A stretch of 64,000 nucleotides of DNA from Candidatus Zhuqueibacterota bacterium. Its GTDB lineage: Bacteria > Zhuqueibacterota > Zhuqueibacteria > Thermofontimicrobiales > Thermofontimicrobiaceae. The notes beneath the pieces are model-generated. The model was not told the DNA's origin, did not search any database, and was given only the letters and a program-made list of their open reading frames with translations. This document shows, one piece after another, positions 9,825 through 19,261 of the stretch. Where the stretch lies: positions 14,093 through 78,092 of the forward strand of contig JBMOPW010000001.1 of the NCBI GenBank assembly GCA_049322915.1, read 5' to 3'. Positions within the stretch are counted from its first letter, which is position 1; each line of letters begins with the position of its first letter. The translations under genes were made by a program, and so were the position numbers.

Positions 9825-12704
9825 ATGAATTTGGATAGACGAGATTTCATAAAATCATTGGGGTCATTGAGCCTGGTGATGGTGCCGGATCTCAGCCAGG
9901 GCCCGTTGCGGAAATTATTCCCGATGCTGATTCCGGCTGAGGAGATCATCCCGGGCGTGCCGTACTGGTATGTGTCGACCTGCCGCGAGTGCCCGGCTGG
10001 CTGCGGCGTTTTGCTCAAAGTCCGCAATGACAATGTGATCAAAATAGAAGGGAATCCCAACCATCCGGTCAATTGCGGCGGACTCTGTGCCCGCGGACAG
10101 GCGGCGCTTCAGGAATTGTACAGCGCAGAGCGGCTGCAAGCGCCCATGAAAATTCCGGCCTCTGGCCCGCGCGAGCGAACCACGTGGGATGCTGTCATTC
10201 CTGAGTTGAAGGCGAAGATGGGCGCCGGCAAAACCGTCGTGCTCAGCGGCGATCTTTCCGGCAGCCAAAAATCCTTTGTGGAAAAATGGATTGCAGGAAT
10301 CGCCGGCAACGCTGAACTTGTCATGTACGAGCCGTTCCATCGGGCCGGCTATCGCCGGGCGAACGAGATTGTGTTCGGTAAAAATGTGGATTCCAGGTAT
10401 CATCTCGATAAAGCGGATTATGTGTTGTCTTTCGGCGCTGATTTTATGGAAACCTGGCAATCGCCTGTTGCATTGAGCCGCGACTTTTCCGATGCGCGGC
10501 GATTCAGAAATGGCCGGTCGGCAAAACTGGCGTACGTGGGAATCGCCGACAGCATCACCGCCACAAACGCCGATGAAGAGTACAAAATTAATCCGCTGTC
10601 CGAGACCGTGCTGCTGCTGGCGCTGGCCAGTCAGTTGCTGGAGAAAAATTCCAGGCTGAACATGGAAAGCCGGGAGAGGCAACGCTGGCGGTCTCTTCTC
10701 GGGAAATACACGCCGGAATTGGCCGCGGAATATTCCGGGCTGACGGTTCAGAACGTGGTTCATCTGGCTGAGCAATTGCTGGCGTTCAAAAACAGCGTCC
10801 TGCTTTGCGGCGAATCGCTGGCTGCTCATGAACATGCCACAGCGTCGCTCGTGGCCGCCAATCTGGTCAATTACTTTGCCGGCAATTACGGCGTCACTAT
10901 TTCGCTGGGCAGCCCGGACGCGACCGTTGGTTCCATGACTGCGCTGGAGCAGTTGCTGCGCGAGATGGAAGCCGGACAGGTCGCTCACCTCATCATGTAC
11001 AACACCAATCCGGCGTTCACCTATCCGGACAGGGAGCGGTTGGCTGCGGCCTTCAAAAAAGTCGGACTGAAAATCGCCCTGGCCACGACGCCCAACGAGA
11101 CGACGGAATTGGCGGATTACGCACTGCCGGTCTCCCATGCCATTGAAACGTGGGGCATTGAATCCCCGCAGCCCGATGTATTTTCGCTGGTTCAGCCGGG
11201 AATGAAACCGGTGTTCGATTCAAAGCCCATGGAAGAGGCGCTGATTGCCCTGGCGCCTGTGGCATCGCTGCCGGACTCGCTGGAGAAATTTATCGAAGAT
11301 GAATGGCAATCCATTTTCCGGCTGAAACCGGCGGCATCGTCGTTTCCTGACAACTGGAAAGAATTGCTATTGACCGGGGGAGTCTGGCTAACGAGCGAAG
11401 CCGTACCGCCTGCGCCAGCGCTTTCTTCGCGATTGTCCGGCTATCTGAATGCCCTGGCGATGCCGGAAAAATCGGCTGGTGTTGCGCTGCTTGTCAATTT
11501 CAGCCATCGCTTTTTTGACGGCCGCGGCGCCAATAAACCCTGGCTCTGGGAGGTGCCCAATGCCCTGTCTCACACGGTGTGGGATACTCCGCTCCGAATT
11601 CATCCGAAACGCGCCGAGCCACTGGCCCTGAAGGAAGGCGACATCGTCGCCATTTCGGCCAATGGCCGCACCATCGAAGCGCCGGTCTTGCTGACGGAGC
11701 ACGTCCATCCGTCTGTCGTTGCCATGGAATTCGGCGCCGGGCATGCGCATTACGGCGCTGCGGCTGTCAAAGAGACCGGCAATCCGTGGCTGCTGCTCTC
11801 CGGCGCCGGGGACGACAATGGCGATGTGATGCTGGTGACCCGGGATATTCAGATGAAAAAGACCGGCAAATGGCGCAAGCTGGTCCGAATTCAGGGCGGC
11901 TATGACCAGGGCGAGCGCAACATCATCCAGCAGATGCATTTAGACCATGCCATTCAACTCGAAAATAGTCACGCGAAGCGGATCGAGCCGCATCATCCGC
12001 AGATTTATCCAGTGCACGAGCACAAGAAATACGACTGGACCATGGTGGTTGACCTGTCCGCATGCATCGGCTGCGGCGCGTGCGCTGTGGCCTGTTACGC
12101 TGAAAATAACCTGGCAACGGTCGGCAAAACTCAATGCGACAATGGCCGGGAAATGGCATGGCTGCGCATCGAGCGGTTTGATGTGGACGGCCGTTCGCGG
12201 TTCATCCCGGTGATGTGCCAGCACTGCGAAAATGCGCCGTGCGAAACGGTCTGCCCTGTCTACGCCACAGTGCACAGCGACGAAGGGCTCAATGTGCAGG
12301 TGTACAATCGCTGCGTGGGCACACGGTATTGCTCGAACAACTGTCCCTACAAAGCGCGACGGTTCAATTTTTTCCATTACACATGGGAGGAACCGGCAAA
12401 ACGTCAGCTCAATCCGGACATTTATCATCGGCCCAAAGGCGTCATGGAAAAGTGCACGTTTTGCGTGCATCGGATTCGAAAGGCCAAAGAAGACGCCAAA
12501 TTGGAGGGCCGCGTTGTGGCCGATGGTGAGGTGATGCCGGCATGCGCTCAGTCCTGTCCGACGCAGGCGATCACCTTCGGCAATATCAATGATCCTGAAA
12601 GCAAAGTCTCGAAACTGCTGCATGATTTCAGGGGTTATCAACTATTCGAAAATTTGAACACCCAACCCTCGGTCATCTATCTAAAAGGGATTAAACATGA
12701 ATAA
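9825..12704 (+). CDS. actB: Alternative complex III ActB (molybdopterin-oxidoreductase-like domain fused to NrfC-type Fe-S domain)
   Basis: Tat signal RRDFIK; CRECPAGC..CARG; CIGCGAC, CQHCENAPC, CVGTRYCSNNCPY, EKCTFC. Confidence 0.9.
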   Translation: MNLDRRDFIKSLGSLSLVMVPDLSQGPLRKLFPMLIPAEEIIPGVPYWYVSTCRECPAGCGVLLKVRNDNVIKIEGNPNHPVNCGGLCARGQAALQELYSAERLQAPMKIPASGPRERTTWDAVIPELKAKMGAGKTVVLSGDLSGSQKSFVEKWIAGIAGNAELVMYEPFHRAGYRRANEIVFGKNVDSRYHLDKADYVLSFGADFMETWQSPVALSRDFSDARRFRNGRSAKLAYVGIADSITATNADEEYKINPLSETVLLLALASQLLEKNSRLNMESRERQRWRSLLGKYTPELAAEYSGLTVQNVVHLAEQLLAFKNSVLLCGESLAAHEHATASLVAANLVNYFAGNYGVTISLGSPDATVGSMTALEQLLREMEAGQVAHLIMYNTNPAFTYPDRERLAAAFKKVGLKIALATTPNETTELADYALPVSHAIETWGIESPQPDVFSLVQPGMKPVFDSKPMEEALIALAPVASLPDSLEKFIEDEWQSIFRLKPAASSFPDNWKELLLTGGVWLTSEAVPPAPALSSRLSGYLNALAMPEKSAGVALLVNFSHRFFDGRGANKPWLWEVPNALSHTVWDTPLRIHPKRAEPLALKEGDIVAISANGRTIEAPVLLTEHVHPSVVAMEFGAGHAHYGAAAVKETGNPWLLLSGAGDDNGDVMLVTRDIQMKKTGKWRKLVRIQGGYDQGERNIIQQMHLDHAIQLENSHAKRIEPHHPQIYPVHEHKKYDWTMVVDLSACIGCGACAVACYAENNLATVGKTQCDNGREMAWLRIERFDVDGRSRFIPVMCQHCENAPCETVCPVYATVHSDEGLNVQVYNRCVGTRYCSNNCPYKARRFNFFHYTWEEPAKRQLNPDIYHRPKGVMEKCTFCVHRIRKAKEDAKLEGRVVADGEVMPACAQSCPTQAITFGNINDPESKVSKLLHDFRGYQLFENLNTQPSVIYLKGIKHE

Positions 12705-14040
12705 GGAAAATTACTTTTCTCCCATGCTCACCGCTGATGATATCAACCGCCGGGTACTCGATCCAATCCGCAAGCCGGGAATCGGTTTCTATTTGCTGAT
12801 GCTGCTATTCCTGAGCTTTGTGGCGTTTGGCGTGACATGTCTGGGGTTGCAGATATTCAAGGGGCTTGGACTTGCCGGGATAAATAACCCGGTCGGCTGG
12901 GGCATTTATCTGGTGAACTTCGTCTTCTGGGTTGGAATTGCCCATTCCGGAACGCTCATCTCTGCGATACTCTATCTCTTCCGATCTCGTTGGCGAACCA
13001 GCGTCAATCGGATTGCCGAAGCCATGACCGTATTTGCCGTGATGATGGCCGGCCTTTTCCCGCTGATTCATGTCGGGCGAATCTGGTTTGCCTACTGGCT
13101 TTTCCCGTATCCCAACGCGCGAACCCTGTGGGTGAATTTCCGCTCACCGTTGAACTGGGACGTATTCGCCGTGTCCACGTACATGACGGTGAGTACGTTG
13201 TTTTTCATCGTCGGCATGATCCCGGATATGGCCGTATTGCGGGACAGATTCAAAGGGTTGCGCAGCAAAATTTACGGCGTCTTCGCGTTGGGCTGGCGTG
13301 GCACGCACAAGCAATGGCATCATTATGAGACTGCCTACATATTGTTCGCGGCGCTGGCCACGCCGCTGGTGATTTCAGTTCACAGCATCGTGTCGTGGGA
13401 TTTCGCCATGTCGGTGCTGCCCGGCTGGCATAGCACTATTTTCGCGCCCTATTTCGTCGCCGGGGCCATTTTCTCCGGCTGCGCCATGGTCATCACCATC
13501 CTTTTCCCATTGCGCAAAGTTTTTCATCTGGAGGAACTCATCACCGAAAAACATTTCACCCGCCTCTCGCAAATGATGCTGCTGACGTCGCTCATCGTCA
13601 CCTATTCGTACGCAACGGAGTTTTTCATTGCCTGGTACGGGCATAATATTTTTGAACAGGATTCCTTTTACAACCGCGCGTTCGGATTTTATGGCCCCTA
13701 TTTCTGGGCCATGTTGTTCTGCAATTCGATTTTACCCATGTCCATCTTCTTCAAAAAAATCCGGACGAATGTGAAAATCCTGTTCACCATTTCCATTTTC
13801 GTGAATATCGGCATGTGGCTGGAGCGATTTGTCATTATCATCAGTTCACTTGCCCACGACTTCGATCCCTACTCCTGGGGAAAATACGCGCCGACCTATA
13901 TCGAATGGGGCGTGTTCATCGGCAGCGTCGGCGGATTTTTAATCCTGTTTTTCTCCTTTGTGAAATTTGCGCCGGTCGTGGCAATCAGCGAGGTCAAAGG
14001 ACAAATTCACCATGATGTTCATGGAGGTGCGCATGACTGA
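12697..14040 (+). CDS. actC: Alternative complex III ActC (NrfD/PsrC-family quinol-site subunit)
   Basis: NFVFWVGIAHSGTLISA, NFRSPLNWD, SVHSIVSWDFA..PGWHST. Confidence 0.92.
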   Translation: MNKENYFSPMLTADDINRRVLDPIRKPGIGFYLLMLLFLSFVAFGVTCLGLQIFKGLGLAGINNPVGWGIYLVNFVFWVGIAHSGTLISAILYLFRSRWRTSVNRIAEAMTVFAVMMAGLFPLIHVGRIWFAYWLFPYPNARTLWVNFRSPLNWDVFAVSTYMTVSTLFFIVGMIPDMAVLRDRFKGLRSKIYGVFALGWRGTHKQWHHYETAYILFAALATPLVISVHSIVSWDFAMSVLPGWHSTIFAPYFVAGAIFSGCAMVITILFPLRKVFHLEELITEKHFTRLSQMMLLTSLIVTYSYATEFFIAWYGHNIFEQDSFYNRAFGFYGPYFWAMLFCNSILPMSIFFKKIRTNVKILFTISIFVNIGMWLERFVIIISSLAHDFDPYSWGKYAPTYIEWGVFIGSVGGFLILFFSFVKFAPVVAISEVKGQIHHDVHGGAHD

Positions 14041-14566
14041 GATGAAGAAACGTGTGAAATCAGTGTATTCTGATTATGGTAAATTCATCGCTGCGTTGAA
14101 ATTGCTGGCAACGAAATCGGGTCTGGACATGGAAGTGTTTTCGCCCATGCCGCTGCATGATGTGGAAAAAATTCTGCCGCAAAAGCCAAGTCCGGTGCGC
14201 TGGTTCACTTTTGTGGGTGGCTTGCTTGGGATGAGCATCGGATTCGGTTTCCCGATTTATACAGTGTTGCAGTGGCCGCTCATCACCGGCGGAAAGCCGG
14301 TGGTCACGATACAGGTTTTCATCATCATCGCTTTTGAATTGCTTATCCTGTTCGGCGCCATCTTCACACTGATCGGATTGCTGATCACTGCCCGGCTGCC
14401 CCGCGGCAAGCTGGCCAATTACGATACGCGATTTTCAGAAAACTCTTTTGGTATGATTATCAGGACGGATCCGGCCAACGTGGCGGAGCTTCGCGATATT
14501 CTGAAACAGGCGGACGATCTGGCCGTCGATGATGTGGAAGTGCTCGCTGTCGGCGCCAATGCCTGA
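14033..14566 (+). CDS. actD: Alternative complex III ActD (DUF3341)
   Basis: FSPMPLH, WPLITGGKP, AFELLIL, YDTRFS; 8-nt overlap with actC. Confidence 0.88.
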   Translation: MTEMKKRVKSVYSDYGKFIAALKLLATKSGLDMEVFSPMPLHDVEKILPQKPSPVRWFTFVGGLLGMSIGFGFPIYTVLQWPLITGGKPVVTIQVFIIIAFELLILFGAIFTLIGLLITARLPRGKLANYDTRFSENSFGMIIRTDPANVAELRDILKQADDLAVDDVEVLAVGANA

Positions 14567-14690
14567 CAGCGCGGCTGACCCGGGCGCAGAAGCCGATGGA
14601 CGCCCCAAAAAGGAGTGGCTCGATGCGAGTCCGATCGGCGTCACCACCGGAAGCGATACTCAAAACCATTTTACAGAGGTAAGCTCATGA
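14559..14690 (+). pseudogene. 43-codon ORF at the actE position, possible in-frame deletion scar
   Basis: MPDSAADPGAEADGRPKKEWLDASPIGVTTGSDTQNHFTEVSS*; overlaps actD stop (ATGCCTGA) and actF start (ATGA); no CxxCH or lipobox. Confidence 0.45.
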
Positions 14691-15790
14691 GAGACAATAA
14701 TGCATTGCTAAAAAATATACGAATCATTGTTGCGGCCTTCATTCTGGCAGGTATCTTTTTTATAGTTCGGGGCGGAGCAGGCGACTATCCCGTCCGAATG
14801 TGGCAGATTTATCTCGTCAATTTTCTGCTGTGGACCGGCATTGCTCAGGGAGGCGTTGTTTTCTCCGCCATTCTGGAAGTGACCAATGCCCGCTGGGGAA
14901 AGCAGATGCGCCAGGTGGCGGAATCCTTCGTGGTGTTTCTGCCGCTCTCGCTCATCCTGCTGCTGGTTATGCTCCTCGGCGCTGACCATATTTTCCCCTG
15001 GATCTCCAAAGTGCCCATCTCCGAAGAGAAGCGAATTTATCTCAATCTGCCCTTTCTGTTTGGACGCGCCTTCCTTGGCCTGGGGCTGTTGACATTGCTT
15101 AGCTTCACGTTCATTCGGAAACGGCGCAGCGCGGACATCGGACAGGGGGAGCGCCCCCGAAAATTAGCTGTGGGCTTGCTGATTATCTACGCGATTGTCT
15201 ATACATACATTTCCTTTGATTTTATCATGTCGTTGGCCCCGCACTGGTACAGCACCATCATGGGAATGCATTTCTTCACCGCCTGTTTTTACACCGGCCT
15301 GGCCGTGATCACCGTGTCCGCTGTATTCGGCCGATGGTCTCTGTTCCCTAAAGACTTCATGAGCCAGAGCGATTTTCATGATCTGGGCAAATTGCTGTTC
15401 GGATTTTCCATTTTCTGGATGTCGCTGCTGTGGTCGCAATTTCTGGTTATCTGGTACGGCAATATCCCTGAGGAGACAGAATTCCTGCATCTCCGCTTGT
15501 ACGAGCTCCCCTGGAAATCATTCACCTGGGCGGTCATTGTGCTTGGATTCATCGTGCCGCTGGTGATTCTGCTCAACAAAAAAGGGAAGACCACACAGTT
15601 TGTCATTGGCGCAGTGGGGCTGCTCATTTTGATCGGCTCCTTTTTTCATGTCTACATACTCATCGTTCCATCATTGAATCCGCACCATCTATATTTTGGG
15701 CTGAGCGAAATATTGATCTCATCAGGCTTTCTTGGATTGTTCATCATCAGCCAGGATATCGGGCTGAAGCGTCTGCCAATTGCCGAGTGA
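14687..15790 (+). CDS. actF: Alternative complex III ActF
   Basis: FDFIMSLAPHWYST, HDLGKLLFGF, SQFLVIWYGNIPEET. Confidence 0.88.
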   Translation: MRDNNALLKNIRIIVAAFILAGIFFIVRGGAGDYPVRMWQIYLVNFLLWTGIAQGGVVFSAILEVTNARWGKQMRQVAESFVVFLPLSLILLLVMLLGADHIFPWISKVPISEEKRIYLNLPFLFGRAFLGLGLLTLLSFTFIRKRRSADIGQGERPRKLAVGLLIIYAIVYTYISFDFIMSLAPHWYSTIMGMHFFTACFYTGLAVITVSAVFGRWSLFPKDFMSQSDFHDLGKLLFGFSIFWMSLLWSQFLVIWYGNIPEETEFLHLRLYELPWKSFTWAVIVLGFIVPLVILLNKKGKTTQFVIGAVGLLILIGSFFHVYILIVPSLNPHHLYFGLSEILISSGFLGLFIISQDIGLKRLPIAE

Positions 15791-15873
15791 TGCGCCCACC
15801 CATTTGGCTGAAATGAGCCAGGCCGATACATCGATCCGCTACCCACCGAAATGGGCGGCATTCTCAGCGTTAC

Positions 15874-15900
15874 AAAAAGCCCAATCCGGGCTTTTTTTTT
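15874..15900 (+). terminator. Intrinsic terminator after actF
   Basis: AAAAAGCCC-AATCC-GGGC followed by T9. Confidence 0.8.
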
Positions 15901-15991
15901 GGCCATACGTTTCGTGGTATGTTACCTGGATTCCGGTCGATTGGATCGGGAAAATTCATGGAGCTAAAATGACAACGGTTTAATTTTTCTC

Positions 15992-16046
15992 TTGACAAAG
16001 AAGAAAATAATTTTATATTTAAAGGGGACAAAAAAGGTCATGTTTA
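15992..16046 (+). promoter_or_regulatory. Promoter plus Rrf2/IscR-like operator
   Basis: TTGACA(15992)-16 nt-TATATT(16014); palindrome TAAA-N3-GAC-N7-GTC-N3-TTTA at 16020-16046. Confidence 0.7.
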
Positions 16047-16082
16047 TCTTTTACTGAGATAGTCCAAATTTAAAGGTACTCC

Positions 16083-16520
16083 ATGCAATTATCCCGGGCA
16101 GGGGAATATGCGGTGCGTGCGATGCTTCATCTGGCCGCCATGGAAAATAAAGGCGTCAGCCAGATTCCAGCGATTTCCAAAATTTGGGATGTGCCGGAAA
16201 GTTTCCTGCGCAAAATTTTGAATTCCCTGGTTAAAGCGCAACTGGTGATTTCCATGCGGGGGACAGGCGGTGGATTTCTGTTGGCCCGTGCGGCGAGCGA
16301 TATTACGCTCCTGGATATTTTTGAAGCCATCGAGGGGAAGGTGTATCTGAACCAGTGCCTCGTCGGGCCGGGGTCATGCAAGAACAGAACCTGGTGCCCG
16401 GTTCACGACGTCTGGCGCGAGGCGCAAAAATCGTTCACCGATGTGCTGAGCCGGAAGAGCCTGGCGGATATGGTGTCCAATCCTGAATTTAAAAGCCGTT
16501 TCGAAAAAATGTTGGAATGA
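16083..16520 (+). CDS. Rrf2-family regulator with IscR-like Fe-S ligands
   Basis: EYAVRAM, RGTGGGF.LAR, C-x5-C-x5-C-x2-H. Confidence 0.9.
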   Translation: MQLSRAGEYAVRAMLHLAAMENKGVSQIPAISKIWDVPESFLRKILNSLVKAQLVISMRGTGGGFLLARAASDITLLDIFEAIEGKVYLNQCLVGPGSCKNRTWCPVHDVWREAQKSFTDVLSRKSLADMVSNPEFKSRFEKMLE

Positions 16521-16689
16521 CGACGTGTATCCAATCCTGAATACAATGCGCGAATGAAAGATTCACAAAAAGCAAAGGAGAATTCTTTATGACCTGAGGG
16601 AGAGCGATTTTTTTCTCTGCTGTTTCACAAACTGTATCAAAACATAGCTACTGAGCTGCACAAACACGGATTACTTTAGGGAGGTAAAA

Positions 16690-18015
16690 ATGGATCCAGT
16701 ATTTTTGTCGCGTTTGCAATTTGCTTTTGCCGCTGGCTTTCATTTTCTGTTTCCCCCATTGACAATGGGATTGACATTAATCATATTTATTCTTGAAAGC
16801 CTCTATCTGAAAAAGGGCGAGGAAGTCTATAAAAATGTATCCGATTTTCTCATCAAAATTTTCGCCCTGGTTTTTGTGTTGGGAACCGCCACCGGAATTA
16901 CGCTTGAATTCGCGTTCGGTACCAACTGGTCCAATTATTCGAGAATGGTGGGCGATATCTTTGGCGCGCCTCTGGCTGCTGAAGGTGTGTTCGCCTTTTT
17001 CATGGAATCTATCTTTTTAGGCATTCTGATTTTCGGTCGCAACAAAGTCTCCAAAAAGATGTACCGTCTGTCGGCCTTTTTAGTGTTCTTCGGCGCGCAT
17101 CTTTCCGGGCTGTGGATTATCATCGCCAATTCGTTCATGCAGACGCCGGCCGGGTATGCCATCGAAGGCGGCCGGGCGGTGCTGACTGACTTTTTTGAAG
17201 CGGCCATCAACCATTCGACAATTCAACGCTATACGCACACCATCGTCGGCGGCTGGATTACCGGCTCGCTGCTGGCAGCCGGCATTGGCGCCTGGTATGT
17301 ACTCAAAAATAAACATCTGGATTTAGCAAAAAAATTAGTGCAGGTGTCTCTGGTTGTCTTTATTGTCGCCGGAGTATTGCAATTACTCACCGGCCACCAG
17401 CATGGCATTCAGGTCGGGAAAACGCAACCGGCGAAATTGGCCGCGTACGAAGGACTCTGGGAAACACAGCAAGGAGCCAGTCTGAGTCTGTTCGGCATCC
17501 CGGATGAAACAAAGGAGACGACCCATCTCAGCATCGGCATTCCCAAACTGCTGAGCATTTTTGTCTATCTGGACCCCAACGCTGAAATCAAAGGGCTGAA
17601 AGATTTTCCGAAAGATGAACGTCCGCCGGTTCTCATTTCCTTCACGACGTACCATATCATGATAATCCTGGGGACGTTATTCGTGCTCATTGCTGTCATC
17701 GCGGCGTTTCTGCTGTGGAAGGACAAATTATGGGAGACGAAGTGGTTCCTGTATGCGCTGCTGTTCTCCATTCCGCTGCCGCACATTGCCAATCAAACCG
17801 GGTGGATGGCCGCAGAAATTGGTCGCCAGCCCTGGGCAGTTTATGGCGTGCTGAAGACCGCGGACGCGGCGTCCGTCGTTGTTCCGGCCGGACAAATTCT
17901 GTTCACGCTCATCATGTTCATTCTCATCTATGCATTTCTTTTCTGGATCTTCATCAAACTATTGTTGAAAATGGTACGCAAAGGCCCTTCGGAATTAACC
18001 GGTTACAGCTATTAA
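16690..18015 (+). CDS. cydA: Cytochrome bd quinol oxidase subunit I (short Q-loop)
   Basis: SRLQFA, FHFLFPP, EFAFGTNW, QPAKLAAYE, AEIGRQPW. Confidence 0.96.
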   Translation: MDPVFLSRLQFAFAAGFHFLFPPLTMGLTLIIFILESLYLKKGEEVYKNVSDFLIKIFALVFVLGTATGITLEFAFGTNWSNYSRMVGDIFGAPLAAEGVFAFFMESIFLGILIFGRNKVSKKMYRLSAFLVFFGAHLSGLWIIIANSFMQTPAGYAIEGGRAVLTDFFEAAINHSTIQRYTHTIVGGWITGSLLAAGIGAWYVLKNKHLDLAKKLVQVSLVVFIVAGVLQLLTGHQHGIQVGKTQPAKLAAYEGLWETQQGASLSLFGIPDETKETTHLSIGIPKLLSIFVYLDPNAEIKGLKDFPKDERPPVLISFTTYHIMIILGTLFVLIAVIAAFLLWKDKLWETKWFLYALLFSIPLPHIANQTGWMAAEIGRQPWAVYGVLKTADAASVVVPAGQILFTLIMFILIYAFLFWIFIKLLLKMVRKGPSELTGYSY

Positions 18016-18030
18016 ACAAGGAGGATGAAA

Positions 18031-19029
18031 ATGGATTTATATCTTTTACAGAATATCTGGTATATCCTGGTCGGCGTGTTGCTGATGGGATATGCAATTC
18101 TTGACGGATTTGACCTGGGGGTTGGTTCGCTGCTGCCGTTCTTGGGCAAGAATGAAAAAGAAAAACGCGCGTTGTTAAATACAGTCGGGCCTTTCTGGGA
18201 TGGCAATGAAGTCTGGCTGCTGACCGGCGGTGGCGCACTCTTCGCCTCGTTCCCCCATGCATACGCGACGGTCTTCAGCGGCTTTTACCTGGCCCTGATG
18301 CTGGTGCTGTTCGCATTGATTTTCCGGGCAGTTTCCATGGAGTTTTACGCCCACGATGACGAGCGACGAACATTCTGGCAATGGGCTTTCGTCGTCGGCA
18401 GCTTGCTGCCGTCGCTGCTGTACGGCGTGGCGCTGGGCAATGTCATTCTCGGCGTTCCACTGGATGTGAACAAGGAATTCACCGGGAATTTCTTCACGCT
18501 GCTGCGACCATTCCCATTGGCCATTGGTCTCCTCGGATTGAACGCGATTCTGTTGCAGGGCAGCACCTACGCCGCATTGAAAACCTCCGGCGATATTCAG
18601 GCCAGAGCGAAAAAACTGGCCAACTCTCTCTGGCTGTCGTTCATCGTGCTGTTCATCCTCGCGTCGGTTCTCGCATTTCTCATGGTGCCTGGCTCAGCCA
18701 CCCGGATTTTGGCCTGGCTGGCTACGATCGTCGTTCTTGCTGCATGGGTCATGATTAAATCATCGCTGAGCAAAGGCAAAGAAGTGATGGCGTTTTTGAT
18801 GTCGTCTCTCGTGTTTGTCGGACTGTGGGGAATTGTCGGCGCCATTCATTTCCCCAACCTGGTGAAAGCAAGCAACGATGCAGCGCTCAGTCTGACCATT
18901 GTCAATGCTTCATCCACCCAGCTCACGCTGACAGTCATGCTGATCATCGCCTTGCTGGGGATGCCGCTGGTTTTACTGTATACCTATTACATTTTCAAAG
19001 TGTTTAAAGGCAAAGTGGAAGCTGCATAA
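18031..19029 (+). CDS. cydB: Cytochrome bd quinol oxidase subunit II
   Basis: LDGFDLGVG, GPFWDGNEVWL. Confidence 0.96.
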   Translation: MDLYLLQNIWYILVGVLLMGYAILDGFDLGVGSLLPFLGKNEKEKRALLNTVGPFWDGNEVWLLTGGGALFASFPHAYATVFSGFYLALMLVLFALIFRAVSMEFYAHDDERRTFWQWAFVVGSLLPSLLYGVALGNVILGVPLDVNKEFTGNFFTLLRPFPLAIGLLGLNAILLQGSTYAALKTSGDIQARAKKLANSLWLSFIVLFILASVLAFLMVPGSATRILAWLATIVVLAAWVMIKSSLSKGKEVMAFLMSSLVFVGLWGIVGAIHFPNLVKASNDAALSLTIVNASSTQLTLTVMLIIALLGMPLVLLYTYYIFKVFKGKVEAA

Positions 19030-19050
19030 TTCATTCATTCAGAATTTTTC

Positions 19051-19086
19051 AAAGGCTGGAACAACTGCTGTACGTTCCAGCCTTTT
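19051..19086 (+). terminator. Intrinsic terminator after cydB
   Basis: Stem AAAGGCTGGAAC / GTTCCAGCCTTT with T-rich tail. Confidence 0.75.
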
Positions 19087-19190
19087 CTATTTGATTCCCG
19101 TTTAAAATTAAATCGCGGTCTGGATGAGCCGATTGCACGCGCTCAAGCTAATAAACCGGATTCCTTTGAGAAATGAAAAATAAATTTAAC

Positions 19191-19219
19191 TTGATTTTGT
19201 AATTATTTTAAATTATATT
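19191..19219 (+). promoter_or_regulatory. Promoter with a Per-box-like operator in the spacer
   Basis: TTGATT-17 nt-TATATT; TTGTAATTATTTTAA lies within it; 19-bp exact reverse-complement copy at 46711. Confidence 0.75.
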
Positions 19220-19261
19220 TGGTTTAAATTGAATTTGTTATCATATCGTGTGGTGAACAGA

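Noticed and set aside
9825..12704. A catalytic molybdoenzyme or a Qrc complex
   Set aside because: The fused B1-B2 architecture with pentaheme ActA, DUF3341 and ActF neighbours fits ACIII.
15780..15983. ORF after actF as a possible actG
   Set aside because: TTG start, runs through the terminator, no convincing features.
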